DNA of 63,499 nucleotides, filler included, from Bigelowiella natans CCMP2755 (Eukaryota; Protista; Cercozoa): NCBI GenBank assembly GCA_000320545.1. It is 6 parts of 6 records of this genome, joined end to end, with 100 filler letters (N's around TTAATTAATTAA, not from the genome) between each part and the next. Parts side by side here need not be neighbours in the genome. Positions count along the whole stretch, not along the records: positions 34,468 to 39,710 come from ADNK01003625.1; positions 39,811 to 63,499 come from ADNK01002597.1; 4 more parts are not named here. One strand, 5' to 3'. Shown piece by piece: positions 37,780 to 48,751 of this stretch (position 1 is its first letter; each line of letters starts with the position of its first letter). The notes under the pieces were generated by a model. It saw only the letters and a program-made list of their open reading frames with translations, ran no database searches and was not told where the DNA came from. The position numbers and the translations under genes were made by a program.

Positions 37780-39602
37780 ATGGAAGAGTCGTCCTTTCTA
37801 GGCCTCCTCGTAGTTGCGGTGGTGGCTGTTGGGCAAGCGAAGCAAGACGAATGGAACTTTTTCCCGACCGAACAGAATGATGGTGGAAACTTCATGCTCA
37901 ACGGAGATGCGTTCAGAGCCTCCTCATACAGAGAGTTACTGAAGAACTGCGAGACAATCCGATCAGGTAAAAATTTCGTTTGGCATTGAAACAAGCACTA
38001 ACCTTTACGACACACCCTCCACAGGAAACGCGAGCACCTGCTCGTACATGGACACTCCTTCATTTGCATACTTCCTGAATCATGTGGCGAATGAAATGCC
38101 CAGTGGGAGAGCTTTCACCTCGGCGACGCAATGGAGGCTCCGATGTCTCAGCGGCATTCTCGTCAAAGACCCACCGGTTTGCTGGGCAGCTGCGTACATG
38201 GTCCTTCCCTTTCCACTCCAACCAGAGCTGGAAGACGTGCACTGCGCACCGCAGACAGACCTTCGACTACCTACCGTTGACTCCTCTTGGACATCACGGT
38301 ACAGATTTAAGGCCTTGGTCGTCGAGACGCGCAGCCTCACGAAACATACATGCGCGCTACTTCGGACTGCTGCATCCCTTGGGATCGACTTCGAAATCAT
38401 TGGCCAGGACTACAAAGGGTGGTTGTTGTAGAGCCTCTTGTCCTTTTATCGATCCGCCCTCCCTCTCTTCTGTAGTTCTTTCAGTATTAATATATTAGGG
38501 CCACATTTGCACTTCTCCCCCCCACCCCCCCCAGGGGGGGGGGCTCTCTTTCCCTCTCGTCTTCATCGGTTTTGATTCATTGTAGGAAAATGACACGCGC
38601 CACAAAAGATAAAAATTCGTATCTGAGGAGCTCAGGAAGATACCAGAGCAAGAGCGGAACGCGACGATCGTGCTCAACGTGGATTCAAGCGATGTGTTCT
38701 TACAGCTTAACAAGGACCAAATCGTCAACAAGTTCCTTGAGCAGAAGACGCGCTTTCTCGTCAGCGCAGAGATGGATTGTTTCCCATTTCGCTATTTCCC
38801 CATGAACATGGGGCTTGGTAATGGAACGATAGTATATACTGGAGATGTTGAATATCGGTATTCGGACATGCACGTGTGCGACCGGCTGTTTCCTAAGATC
38901 TCGGGCGGCTCACAAGCACGCTGGCTGAACTCTGGGAGCTGGATCGGGTATATTATAAATTATTATTATTAGTATTATTAGTATTAGTAGTAGTAGTAGT
39001 GGTAGACAATGCTGATAAAAACTGCTCGTCTCCAAAATGAGCGAGTAGGAGGAGGAGGAGGAGTAGGAGAGGGGGGGGAGATGAAAGGAAGCAGGAACCT
39101 TTTCAGGGAAGGATTTCAAGGACTAGAAAGCTACATCAACAACTACACACAAAGGCCTGACTCCCCTTTCCCCGCTTCTTCTTCTTCTTCCCAAACAATA
39201 ACACTCCCATGTAGGTTTGCCGACACACTTATGAACGCGTATTCGTCCTTGTCTTCGGTCCCACAGTGGTTCATCAACAAGTGGCCGGGCTCGGATCAGG
39301 GCTACTTCACCACGCTTTACCTTACGCGGCGCTTCGGAATCAAGCTCGATCACTGCGGGGATTTGTTCGTGACATTCAAGACCGTAAATCGTTTCCGTGA
39401 GAGAGCAGTTTCGAGACAGAGCATCTGGACTCAATACAGCCTCGGCCCCCGGCGGCGCATGTACAACAAAGTGTATCTGAGGGAAGCAGAGGAGGACAGC
39501 CCGTTCCAATACGTGTGGGTGACAAAGGCATCGAATCGCACCCCTGGCGTGCTCCATTTCAACGGGGGCAGCTTCAACAAGATTCACGACGATCTGCAAA
39601 AT
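37780..39602 (+). CDS. Secretory-pathway glycosyltransferase, PLOD/procollagen galactosyltransferase-like GT-A domain; 3' end probably lost at spacer
   Basis: Signal peptide MEESSFLGLLVVAVVAVGQA; motifs LLRTAASLGIDFEIIG, IVLNVDSSDVF, FLVSAEMDCFP, RWLNSGSWIG, SDQGYFTTLYL, IKLDHCGDLF, TPGVLHFNG. There is an apparent frame break at about 38605-38615. Confidence 0.8.
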
Positions 39603-39710
39603 GTATCTTCTCCCCCCCCCCTCCTGCTGCTGAGACAACTTGTGTGCCACCGTTGAAACCCCAACGCCTTTTAGCTTCCTACCCCTCCCTCCCCTCTCTT
39701 TTTTTTTTTA

Positions 39711-39810
39711 NNNNNNNNNNNNNNNNNNNNNNNNNNNNNNNNNNNNNNNNNNNNTTAATTAATTAANNNNNNNNNNNNNNNNNNNNNNNNNNNNNNNNNN
39801 NNNNNNNNNN
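39711..39810. other. Assembly spacer
   Basis: N44-TTAATTAATTAA-N44. Confidence 0.99.
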
Positions 39811-40029
39811 AGCTACATCTACCTCCTTGGACATCTGGAAATATTTTCTGAGAGCATTCAATTCCGTCTCCTGTTGCTCCAACATCTGGTATAACATTTG
39901 GTTTTGCTGTAGTAGATATTCTGTGTAGTTGAAGTCCTCATCAACGGAAGCATAAAACTCTTCCCATCTCTTCTTCATCTTTGCTTCAATGGGAGATGGT
40001 GCTTTGTCTCTTCCATTCTGGTCCGCCAT
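39811..40029 (-). CDS. Hypothetical coiled-coil protein, 5' fragment
   Basis: MADQNGRDKAPSPIEAKMKKRWEEFYASVDEDFNYTEYLLQQNQMLYQMLEQQETELNALRKYFQM...; open up to the spacer. Confidence 0.5.
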
Positions 40030-40250
40030 TCCAAAGTCGTCTCTCACACTTGTTGCTAACTTTCATTTCAAATTCAAAAATTCATTGTCGCACTCTCAAA
40101 ATTAGTATCTTTTACCAACATTTTAAAATGCTAATTTTCAGGTTGCGACATCCTAGTTTTAAGGATGCGACAACAGTTTGTTCGCCATTTTTGTTTTTTC
40201 CAAATGTGATTTAGGCATATTTATCAAATCAGAGGACGATTGTGAATTCC

Positions 40251-40340
40251 AAATCATTTTTATTTTTGATTTGGAAATCAAAATCATTTTCATTTTTGAT
40301 TTGGAAATCGAAATCATTTTTATTTTTGATTTGGAAATCA
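40251..40340. repeat. 3 x 30-bp tandem repeat AAATCATTTT(T/C)ATTTTTGATTTGGAAATC(A/G)
   Basis: Three consecutive units read directly; each contains a dyad AAATCA...TGATTT. Confidence 0.95.
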
Positions 40341-40760
40341 TCATCGCATTTCATTTACATAAATTTACCAAAGCAGAACAAAAACTTAAAAAAATGGCCT
40401 TTGTGTGTGTGTGTCGCAACCTTACAACTGGTTCGTCGCAATTGAAAATTGGCACAAACCCCTTGAAATTCGCTTTTCTGTGTTTGTTGATTCGCACTTC
40501 AAAACACCTCAAATTCGCACTTTGGTTGAAATTCACCTTTCCAAAGCCCTGAATTCGCTCTTCACAACAGGAAAATCCAAATACAAGTAGTTTTTACCAA
40601 TTTAACACAAATTTTGTTAAAAACTTAAAGAAATGGATAATATTTTCACTCTGGAGACTCTCCACACTTATGACTAAATCAGGTTCCACACACCCTTGCG
40701 AATTGCCAGTGAAGGTTGTGTCTATGTGTAGACTGGTGACATCAAGCAACAGGAAGGACA

Positions 40761-42470
40761 ATGTCTGTGTCACAATTCTTGGGAAAAGATGATTGGAAAG
40801 TGAGTGTTCAAGATGGTGGAACTTACTTGGTTTCTGGGAACCAAACGAGCAACAAAGACAAGATTGTGAGCGAGAAAGTGAAGCAACTGGAAAATCATCT
40901 GAAGGGTTGGAAAGGAAATTTGAAACACGAGTTCAAGAAGCGAGAGGAAGATATGTCCAAATGTGAGACTCAATTGAGGAAACTGGAGAATGAAATTGAA
41001 AAGGGAGACAGCGATGAAGAGGATGATGACGAAGGGTTGGATGGTGAGTGCGAAGAGCGAGACATAATCCGTGAAATTATGACCCAGCGAGACATTTTGG
41101 GAAAACATCGCAAGAAAATCAAGGAAATTACCGACATGTTGGAAGGAAGGAAAGTTTGTAGCAAATTGAGGGATGCTCGGGAAATTATGAATGGTCAGAA
41201 GAGTTTGGAAGTCGATTACAAACTTACGATGGAGCAGTATGCTTTCAAGCACATAGACACAAAATTTGTGCTGAAATACAAATTCAACGATGGGAAAATA
41301 TCAGTTGTGTCTCAGTTGAGCGATGAAAGTGTTATAGTGGAAGGGGTATCCTTCACAGGGCACAGTCTTTTCTCCTTGCGAAAGTGTGGGGACAAAGCAA
41401 CTCTTGTTGCTGTGGCCCAAGCGGAAATTCAGTTGACGGATTCTATTCAAACTCTGTATGACAAGACCGCTGATGAAATCGCACGACTCAGAAATGAATA
41501 TGAGGAGGCAGACATCAACGACGAAAGAAGAAAGCACAATCTAATCGCTGAGGAACTCAAAAGGAAGCGATTGCTAGGCAGGATGAAAAAAGGAAAGCAT
41601 AAAGCTGAGAATGCTGGTGGAGTGCTTAGGTCGTCGAGAAGATGTGACGACCTCACAGTGGAGAAATCGGCGGACATCAACATTCTTCAACTACTCGTAG
41701 AGCGGGAGCGACAACGAAAATTACTGGAGATGAAGGGGTGGAAGAGGCTGCTTGAGATGAATACTAAGAGATTTGCTTTGGGTGTAGCCGTTGGGGATGG
41801 CAAACTGTTTGCTGTTGGTGGGTATGATGGTAGTAATACTCTTAGAAATGGGGAGTATCTGGATTTGAAGAATATGAAAGCGGGGTGGAAGAAACTCCCT
41901 GATATGAGGAGCATAAGGTGGGGTTTAAAAGTGGCTATTGGGGATGGCAAATTGTTTGCTGTTGGTGGAGCTAACGATAAAGATGTTCCTTACAAATCTG
42001 GGGAGTATCTGGATTTGAAGAATGTGGGTGCGGGGTGGAAGAAACTGCCTGATATGAACACTGAGAGGTGTTCTTTGGGTGTAGCCGTTGGGGATGGCAA
42101 ACTGTTTGCTGTTGGTGGGTATGATGGTAGTAATACTCTTAGAAATGGGGAGTATCTGGATTTGAAGAATATGAAAGCGGGGTGGACGAAAATCCCTGAT
42201 ATGAATACTGAGAGGTGTTCTTTGGGTGTAGCTGTTGGGGATGGCAAACTGTATGCTGTTGGTGGGGGGTCTGGTGGTAATGATCTCAAATCTGGGGAGT
42301 ATCTGGATTTGAAGAATGTGGGTGCGGGGTGGAAGAAACTCCCTGATATGAGGAGCATAAGGTGGGGTTTAAAAGTGGCTATTGGGGATGGCAAACTGTT
42401 TGCTGTTGGTGGAGCTAACGATAAAGATGTTCCTTACAAATCTGGGGAGTATCTTCGCATCGCTATGTAG
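40761..42470 (+). CDS. Intronless coiled-coil + Kelch-repeat protein (5 repeats)
   Basis: 569-aa ORF with C-terminal repeats xxRxxLGVAVGDGKLFAVGG..GEYLDLKN..AGWKKLPDM, which carry the Kelch GG, Y and W signature. Confidence 0.93.
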   Translation: MSVSQFLGKDDWKVSVQDGGTYLVSGNQTSNKDKIVSEKVKQLENHLKGWKGNLKHEFKKREEDMSKCETQLRKLENEIEKGDSDEEDDDEGLDGECEERDIIREIMTQRDILGKHRKKIKEITDMLEGRKVCSKLRDAREIMNGQKSLEVDYKLTMEQYAFKHIDTKFVLKYKFNDGKISVVSQLSDESVIVEGVSFTGHSLFSLRKCGDKATLVAVAQAEIQLTDSIQTLYDKTADEIARLRNEYEEADINDERRKHNLIAEELKRKRLLGRMKKGKHKAENAGGVLRSSRRCDDLTVEKSADINILQLLVERERQRKLLEMKGWKRLLEMNTKRFALGVAVGDGKLFAVGGYDGSNTLRNGEYLDLKNMKAGWKKLPDMRSIRWGLKVAIGDGKLFAVGGANDKDVPYKSGEYLDLKNVGAGWKKLPDMNTERCSLGVAVGDGKLFAVGGYDGSNTLRNGEYLDLKNMKAGWTKIPDMNTERCSLGVAVGDGKLYAVGGGSGGNDLKSGEYLDLKNVGAGWKKLPDMRSIRWGLKVAIGDGKLFAVGGANDKDVPYKSGEYLRIAM

Positions 42471-42616
42471 ACTGCTTCCGCACACACATCGGGTTCAGTT
42501 TGGAGAAAATATAGTTGGAACAATAAATGTGTAGATGACCTTTTACTTTAGAAGCACCCTTCTGTTGTTGACAATGTGATAATAAAACTTTGCTAAAATC
42601 CTTTTGCTTCGCTTTA

Positions 42617-42760
42617 TGTACATACATACATGTCGCTTCGCACGGCACATAGCACCGCAAATCGCTTCGCACGGCACGGCACATAGCACGGCATATCGCT
42701 TCGCAACATACATACATACATAGCACGGCATATCGCTTCGCACGGCATAGCACATCGCAT
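42617..42760. repeat. Degenerate minisatellite with four TCGCTTCGCA cores and CATA/GCACG filler
   Basis: TCGCTTCGCA recurs four times at about 29-37-nt spacing; the intervening sequences resemble each other. Confidence 0.85.
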
Positions 42761-44261
42761 ATAATGACATCGTATGCTTCTTCATTTTTTTTCAGACCCC
42801 CACTTTAATTAGTGTTTTTTTCTAACCTCATTCATTTTATAACTAATGAGGGCTTATGGGGCATTTTAAAAACCAAACTTTTTATAATATATATATATAT
42901 ATATATTAAATACTTACATACTTTATATATATAACCCCCGCCCCCGGAAAACACCCCCTGGGAAACATAAGTATAATAAGGTAATATGATACAGCATAAT
43001 GAAGCTGTCGCATCGCTTTGCGAGCAGGTGGGCTCTGCCCACATCGCAGATACCGCCATTGGCGGTTATAATAATTATTATTATTATTACTTACACATCA
43101 CACACCCACCACCGCGTGCAGTCGTGCGCACGTAGCTTCTCACATCTGGAAAGATTTGCATCACAATCACACGTGCACACCATGTCGTCGCATGTAGCGC
43201 ATGCTAGCTAGCTAGCACGGGCAGCGCAACTGAACAGTATGTCTAGAGATAGAACTGTGGAGCGAGCCCGGCGGGCGAGCAGGCGGTCCCACGTGCTGCT
43301 ACCAATTCATTGAAGCCAAATTAAATTGTCCACGCACGTCTGTCCCAAACAACCCCCCGGCATTTCGAGTTGCAGAGTCATGCTACGCTAGCATGCTCTT
43401 CGCCATGTGCTTGCGGCGATGACAGTTTGCAATGGTGCAATGCTAAAATGGTGCGCTCCTCTGTTCAGCTTCAGGCTAGGAGGGCTGCCCGGGCTGCGCA
43501 CTACCAAACTCTAGAACTACTAGCTAGCTAGCTAGCTAGAGGTCTAGAGGTGTTCATTTGCATGCAACAGCACAGCTGCATTGCGAAGCTTAGCATGTAG
43601 CATGCATCATTGCGTGATCATTAGTGTCACATTTTGAGGGGGAAAACACCAAAATGTTGGCATGGCGCGGTGCATCATGCTTCGTATATTCAAGTCCAAA
43701 ACTCAAAAAATTCATGCATGTATGATATGTGACAATTTTTTCCTTCGTATCCGCCACTTCGCAAATGATCGATCGAGCGCAGATTGATGAGGGCTAGAGG
43801 GGCGCGACAATGCTAGCATGCTAGCATGTCTAGATGTGGCGCGATAAGCTACCCTAGTACCAAGCATGCGCCCAGCTAGCTAGCCAGATGCTTAGATTGT
43901 AGCTACCAAAATGCATGCGCATGCATCGCAGCCGAATAATTATTGACTGATGGCTAGTTAGCCAGTGGCTACACTCTCGTCCTGAACGACAACATCGATC
44001 ACTGCTAGAATCTGCGCGCAAAACTCGCGAGATGCCCCAAATTTGTTCGCTTAAATGCAGCTAGCAGCGCAGCGCCATGTCAGTTTCGACGTTTTTGAGT
44101 ATGTTCCGCTCAAAGTTTTGTAAGGCATGGCATTTGTAATTTGTAACTCAGAACTTCTCGTGATTGCAAAGTATGTAATACCGTGTTGGTTTAGTGACCC
44201 AAAAGGAAAACGATGCACATTTCCCTAAACTTAAATGAACTTACACTTTTACTTTATAACA

Positions 44262-46572
44262 CTATAGCGCCGAGAGAAAGTCAGCCCCCTTCGCCGAAAC
44301 CTTTCAATCCAAAGGGTACAAATCAAAACCACTTTAGCTGTTAATATTTACGAATTAAAACCTTCTCAACGCCAGAGTCGGTTAACAGCTTGCCGTTCTT
44401 GTCGAATATCGCAAGGGTCGGGATTCCTGACAATAATTTGTCGCACACCCATGTGTCAACATTTAAACTAATCTCTTATTCAATGTATTACATATCCATG
44501 CATGTGCACAGTTGGAAACCTTCAACGCCGAGGAACATACCAGCTTTCGAATTGAAACCAGTGTAGTCCTGTATTGTTAATACATTTATATGCTTGAGTG
44601 AGGTGTCTAACTAAAATCGCGCACAGTGAACATAAACAAACACCATGACTACCTTAGCGGAAAACGGAACTGCATTCCAGGGCATAGATCCCCAGTAACT
44701 TTAACCATAGAATGGTATCAAAGCATCAAAATTAGGGGAAGATACTATAATAATTTTCATGTACATTCTACTCTGCATAGTACGCTAACCGTCTTGAACA
44801 TTGATACTGGTTAGTACTTATAGGCCGTTTCTTAGAGATCATATTACCCTTTGAAAGACCCTTCGTCTCTATCGCAGGTGACAAAGACCATAGCAAGTTT
44901 CTTTGCATCCTGTGCAATGACATATTTTTATATATGCACAAATAAAGTAGCGTAGAGATCAAGTTACTGTTAATAAGTTCCTTGGATGCTAACCTTAGAT
45001 TCAATCATGGCAAAGGCCTCTGCGAGTTTAGGAGTAAACCTCTTACATGGCGGACACCAATGCGCGCTTAAGTATACTCCGACGTATTCCTGTTAGGATG
45101 GGCCGCCGAATGACACATGACAAATATGAACATATAGAACGTGCAAATGGGGTAAAACAGAAACTGTCGTCACCTTTCCATCCAACGCTGTCTCAGTGGA
45201 CAGCTCTTTGTCAGGTTTTCCCAAAAGCTTATCGCCAAGAAGAGCCTTGAAGAAATCCATGCCCTTGAGGCTTTTAGAAACACAAGTGTCATCGCGAGGA
45301 TCGTTTTCAAGGTGTGAAAGTGAACAGAAAAAAAATCACACAAATAACAAATGAAGGAATTGTGATCTTGCCCCTTTTCTGTTACCGATACGTACATCAC
45401 ACTTTCATGTATACCTGGCAAACTCTTTCTTAGCTTCTTCCTTTTTCTTTGCTTCTTTGAGCCTCTCTCCAACGGCCTCTGCCAACCACTTCGGGGATCT
45501 TCCTGCGACAGAGTAGGTCGCCACACAAAATTCTTTCCTGTGTGGATGAAAGGAAAGGAAAGATAAATATTGTGAAGTATGAGCTGTTAAAAAAGCTCTC
45601 ACTTATTGAGCTTGCCATCTCCATCTGTATCACGAGTCAGTAGAGTCTGTACTTCTTGCTGCGTAATGTGAGGGGGAGCGCCAATTAAACCGAAGCACTT
45701 CTCTATCTCACTCTTTTCGATGTAGCCATCTCCGTTGAGATCCATTGCAGCAAAAAGGCTCTCCATTGCTGCTGATTCAGCCTTTTTCTTCTCCTCTGGG
45801 TCAAGCATTTTTAGGAAATCAGCTCCGTTTTCACTGACCTTTTGAAGTGCAAAGATGGTCGTTATAGATGGTCATCGTTTCGAGAAGATGCAATATAAAT
45901 TCATAAAAAATGATGATTAGATACCACTCCAACTCCTTGTGACTCAATGAGCTTGCCTTCCCCATCAAATATGCTTAGCGAAGGAATTCCATTCACTTTG
46001 AGGTGCTTCGCAGACTTCCCACCAAAGCCCTTGTATTCCTGTTGGATTGGACATTTGTTTGTTCTTATATATTGGTCTTACATGTTGGCCCAGTTGTCAT
46101 AAGCAGATTCTTACCCCAGCTGAGAAAGGAACAGCATGCCAAGGCATATCCTTGAAGTATCTGTAGAAATTTTAATTGAATTTACCGCACATTCTGTCTA
46201 ATCCTCCTCTCGGAAAAATCAGTGTATGAAGTGTCATGATTGTAATCCATACTCTTTGAATTGGCCCTCGCTCTTGTCACATGTGACGAAGACTGTAGCA
46301 AGACTTTTGCCACCCTAAAAACAACAGAAAGAGCTTGTAACGCTGCATTCCGAAACGTCAACGTACATCCTACTCACCTTCTTCTGGATCTCCTCGTATG
46401 CTTTAATGAACGCTGGCGTAAATCTTCGGCATGGGGGACACCAGTGAGCGCTATGGTAGATAGCAACATAGTCCTTGCCATCGACCACGCTCTTGATGTC
46501 GACTTCCTTGTCGCCTTCGAGCAGCTTTGGGCCGAGCAACGATTCGAAGAATTTGGTTCCTTTTCCACTCAT
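44262..46572 (-). CDS. Nucleoredoxin/tryparedoxin-like protein: Trx(WCPPC) - EF-hand pair - Trx(WCPPC)
   Basis: Continuous GT-AG splice path: [55 protein letters not shown]; EF loops [12 protein letters not shown] and [12 protein letters not shown]; then [70 protein letters not shown]. Confidence 0.93.
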
Positions 46573-47390
46573 GTTGATTTCTAAAATGTTATTGGAAGTC
46601 AAGAGCATTACATTGTGTAAACGTTCGAACAGCAACGTTCATCGAAAGTCCCCCACAGTTCCTGCTCAATTACCGCGTTGAGTTATTTGAAGTTGATGTG
46701 TTGACTCTACGACTTGTAGATCAATGGGTTATGCTTTCCTGCGGAGGAGAGGAGAACAGCTCAGCGACCTATAACACGGCTTCATAAAAAATAATTTCAA
46801 TTGTTTCACTAAGTAAGCAATATTATCGATGACGTAGATGTAAATTGTAGTAAATTTTACTGGATTATCAATTTTATCGGAAGATATTTCCATGCCATGA
46901 TCTCATTAAGAATTTTCTTAGAAACGAGAGTTTAGAAATAAATTTTATCAATGGATCTACAGAGTGCGACCTTACATTTTCCAGAAATTTGTAGCTTTGA
47001 ATCGTCTTCCATCGGAGACCGTTTACAAAGTTTTCTCGATGTCGCATTAATACAACGGACTGCAGTTATCATCTTTTGATTATTTTGGAAGGTTGTGTTT
47101 GCACAAGCCATCCTTCAGCCACTGCTTCCTTCCTGCCACCATAGATCTAGTGGCAAGAGTTGCGGAGGAAGAAGAGTATGTCTAGCCAAGGGGCCAGACT
47201 CGTCCGTGAGGTATTGTAGAGAAACCTGAATGAGTTGGATTTCCATTGACCCGTAGGAGGAGGAAGTAAAAGAAGAGCCCTTCCTTCCAAATTCTTCCCT
47301 TCCCTGCTTCTTTCTTATCAATTATTAATTTGATTAAAAATATGTATTTCGAGCAATCTTCTTTAATACTTTCTGTCCATTCTTCATCAG

Positions 47391-48529
47391 CTATGGAATG
47401 CGAATCCAGACTCCGTCAGGGACAAAGCTGTCAGTCTTATCTCTAAGTACGTTTTTGGTAGAATATAGAAATACCTCAAGTGCTACCACATTCTCTTTTG
47501 TTGTCACCATTTTACCTGAGATATATGCATATTATGTCTCCAACTGCAGGATCTTGAGGAACGTGCTGAAAAACCCTACGGAACCAAAGTTCAGGAAGAT
47601 CAAACGGTGACAGATTGATTTACGGAGTGATGGCCTGTGTGCGGATAAATGAGCAAAGTACTCATTATGTACTGCTATGTCATCACTTATATTTACTACA
47701 GCACTGCAATCGACAAGCGGCTGAATGGTGTTCGCGGCGCTCTTCAAATCCTCTCCTTTGCGGGGTTCCAAGTGGTAGTGCACAGAAACATTTTGTGCAT
47801 AGGCCTTGTAGGAACTTGCTGATATCTTTTCATGGTCTATTTATTTAGAGTGGCGAGCATTATGTTTTGCCTGAGACTTGTGAGCTATCGAATCTTGTGG
47901 ATGTTGTAGAGGTACGACATGACATTTCAAGTTCCATGCGATTCTCGCACTGTGCAATTTCAACAGTATTTCAACACCTCACGTGGAAAAATGTTCAAGC
48001 CAATGTTTCCCACCACATTTAGAAATGTACTCTATAATTTGAACACGGAGTTATTGTGAGAGTGACACTGTTAGTGTAGATCCTGAAACAAAATCTCATC
48101 TAACAGTCTTGTATTCTAACTTTTTACCTGACGTATCCAGGTATTTGACAAAAAAGCGAAGGATAGAGCTGAGGCAGAAGCGAAGTTGCAGGAAATCCTT
48201 GCGAAGAATAATAAGAAAGCAAAAGCCGAAATGGACAAGAAGGAGGCGCATCGTAAAAAGGTACGTGGTGTATGTCATAGTCACATGTATCTACATATGT
48301 GTATTTTTACCCTTTTTCCTGATTCTTTTCGTGAGGGAGGGGTGAAATATTTAAAGATCGCGAATATATTTCAATCCAAGAATTCGTGTAGATTCGTGCG
48401 GAACAGCAGCAAGCTCAAAAGGAGGTTAAGGATAAGATAATCATCTCGTCCAAGGCCAACAAGATCAACTTTGGAATGAAGCTGAAGAAATTTGAGCCTC
48501 CAAAGGAACAGAGAGGAGGGTGAGGTTAA
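47391..48529 (+). CDS. PUB-domain protein with a C-terminal GG-[UGA]-G-stop motif; putative selenoprotein (5' exons probably extend to about 46951)
   Basis: PUB motif RILRNVLKNPTEPKFRKIK..RLNGVRGALQILSFAGFQ, then a coiled coil. The last exon (48392-) reads ..SSKANKINFGMKLKKFEPPKEQRGG TGA(48521) GGT TAA(48527-48529). Confidence 0.85.
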
Positions 48530-48530
48530 T

Positions 48531-48649
48531 GGGGTCAATCACCCATTATGATTCAAAACCAAACAAGGACATTAAGTGCCAGGGTATTGGACGACCGACG
48601 CACCTGCTTCTTTTGTCGTTTGGAAATGTGAATCATAATGATTGACCCC
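48531..48649 (+). promoter_or_regulatory. Long stem-loop beginning 7 nt after the in-frame UGA (SRE/proximal-stem-loop-like)
   Basis: GGGGTCAAT/ATTGACCCC (9 bp), CATTATGATTCA/TGAATCATAATG (12 bp) and CCAAAC/GTTTGG (6 bp) pair in nested order. Confidence 0.75.
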
Positions 48650-48751
48650 GCCACGGTGTTGCACGAAAATAGTTGTTTTTAAGATGCAAAACACCTCATA
48701 TCTACTGAGCATCCGTGATAAACTCTTCTTCAAGTATATGAGGGAGACGAT

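Noticed and set aside
10587-39810. TTAATTAATTAA palindromes within N runs (five copies) as biological elements, and gene adjacency across them
   Set aside because: The identical 100-nt construct with stops in all six frames is an assembly linker. Genes are truncated at nearly every flank, so true distances and even adjacency are unknown.
40178-40552. ORFs with repeated IIFIFDLEI / KSKIKMI peptides
   Set aside because: These are translations of the 30-bp non-coding tandem repeat, open in several frames on both strands, with no coding signal.
42617-42760. Regularly spaced TCGCTTCGCA repeats as a CRISPR-like array
   Set aside because: The core is only 10 bp, the 'spacers' are related low-complexity sequence, there are no cas genes and the context is eukaryotic; it is a minisatellite.
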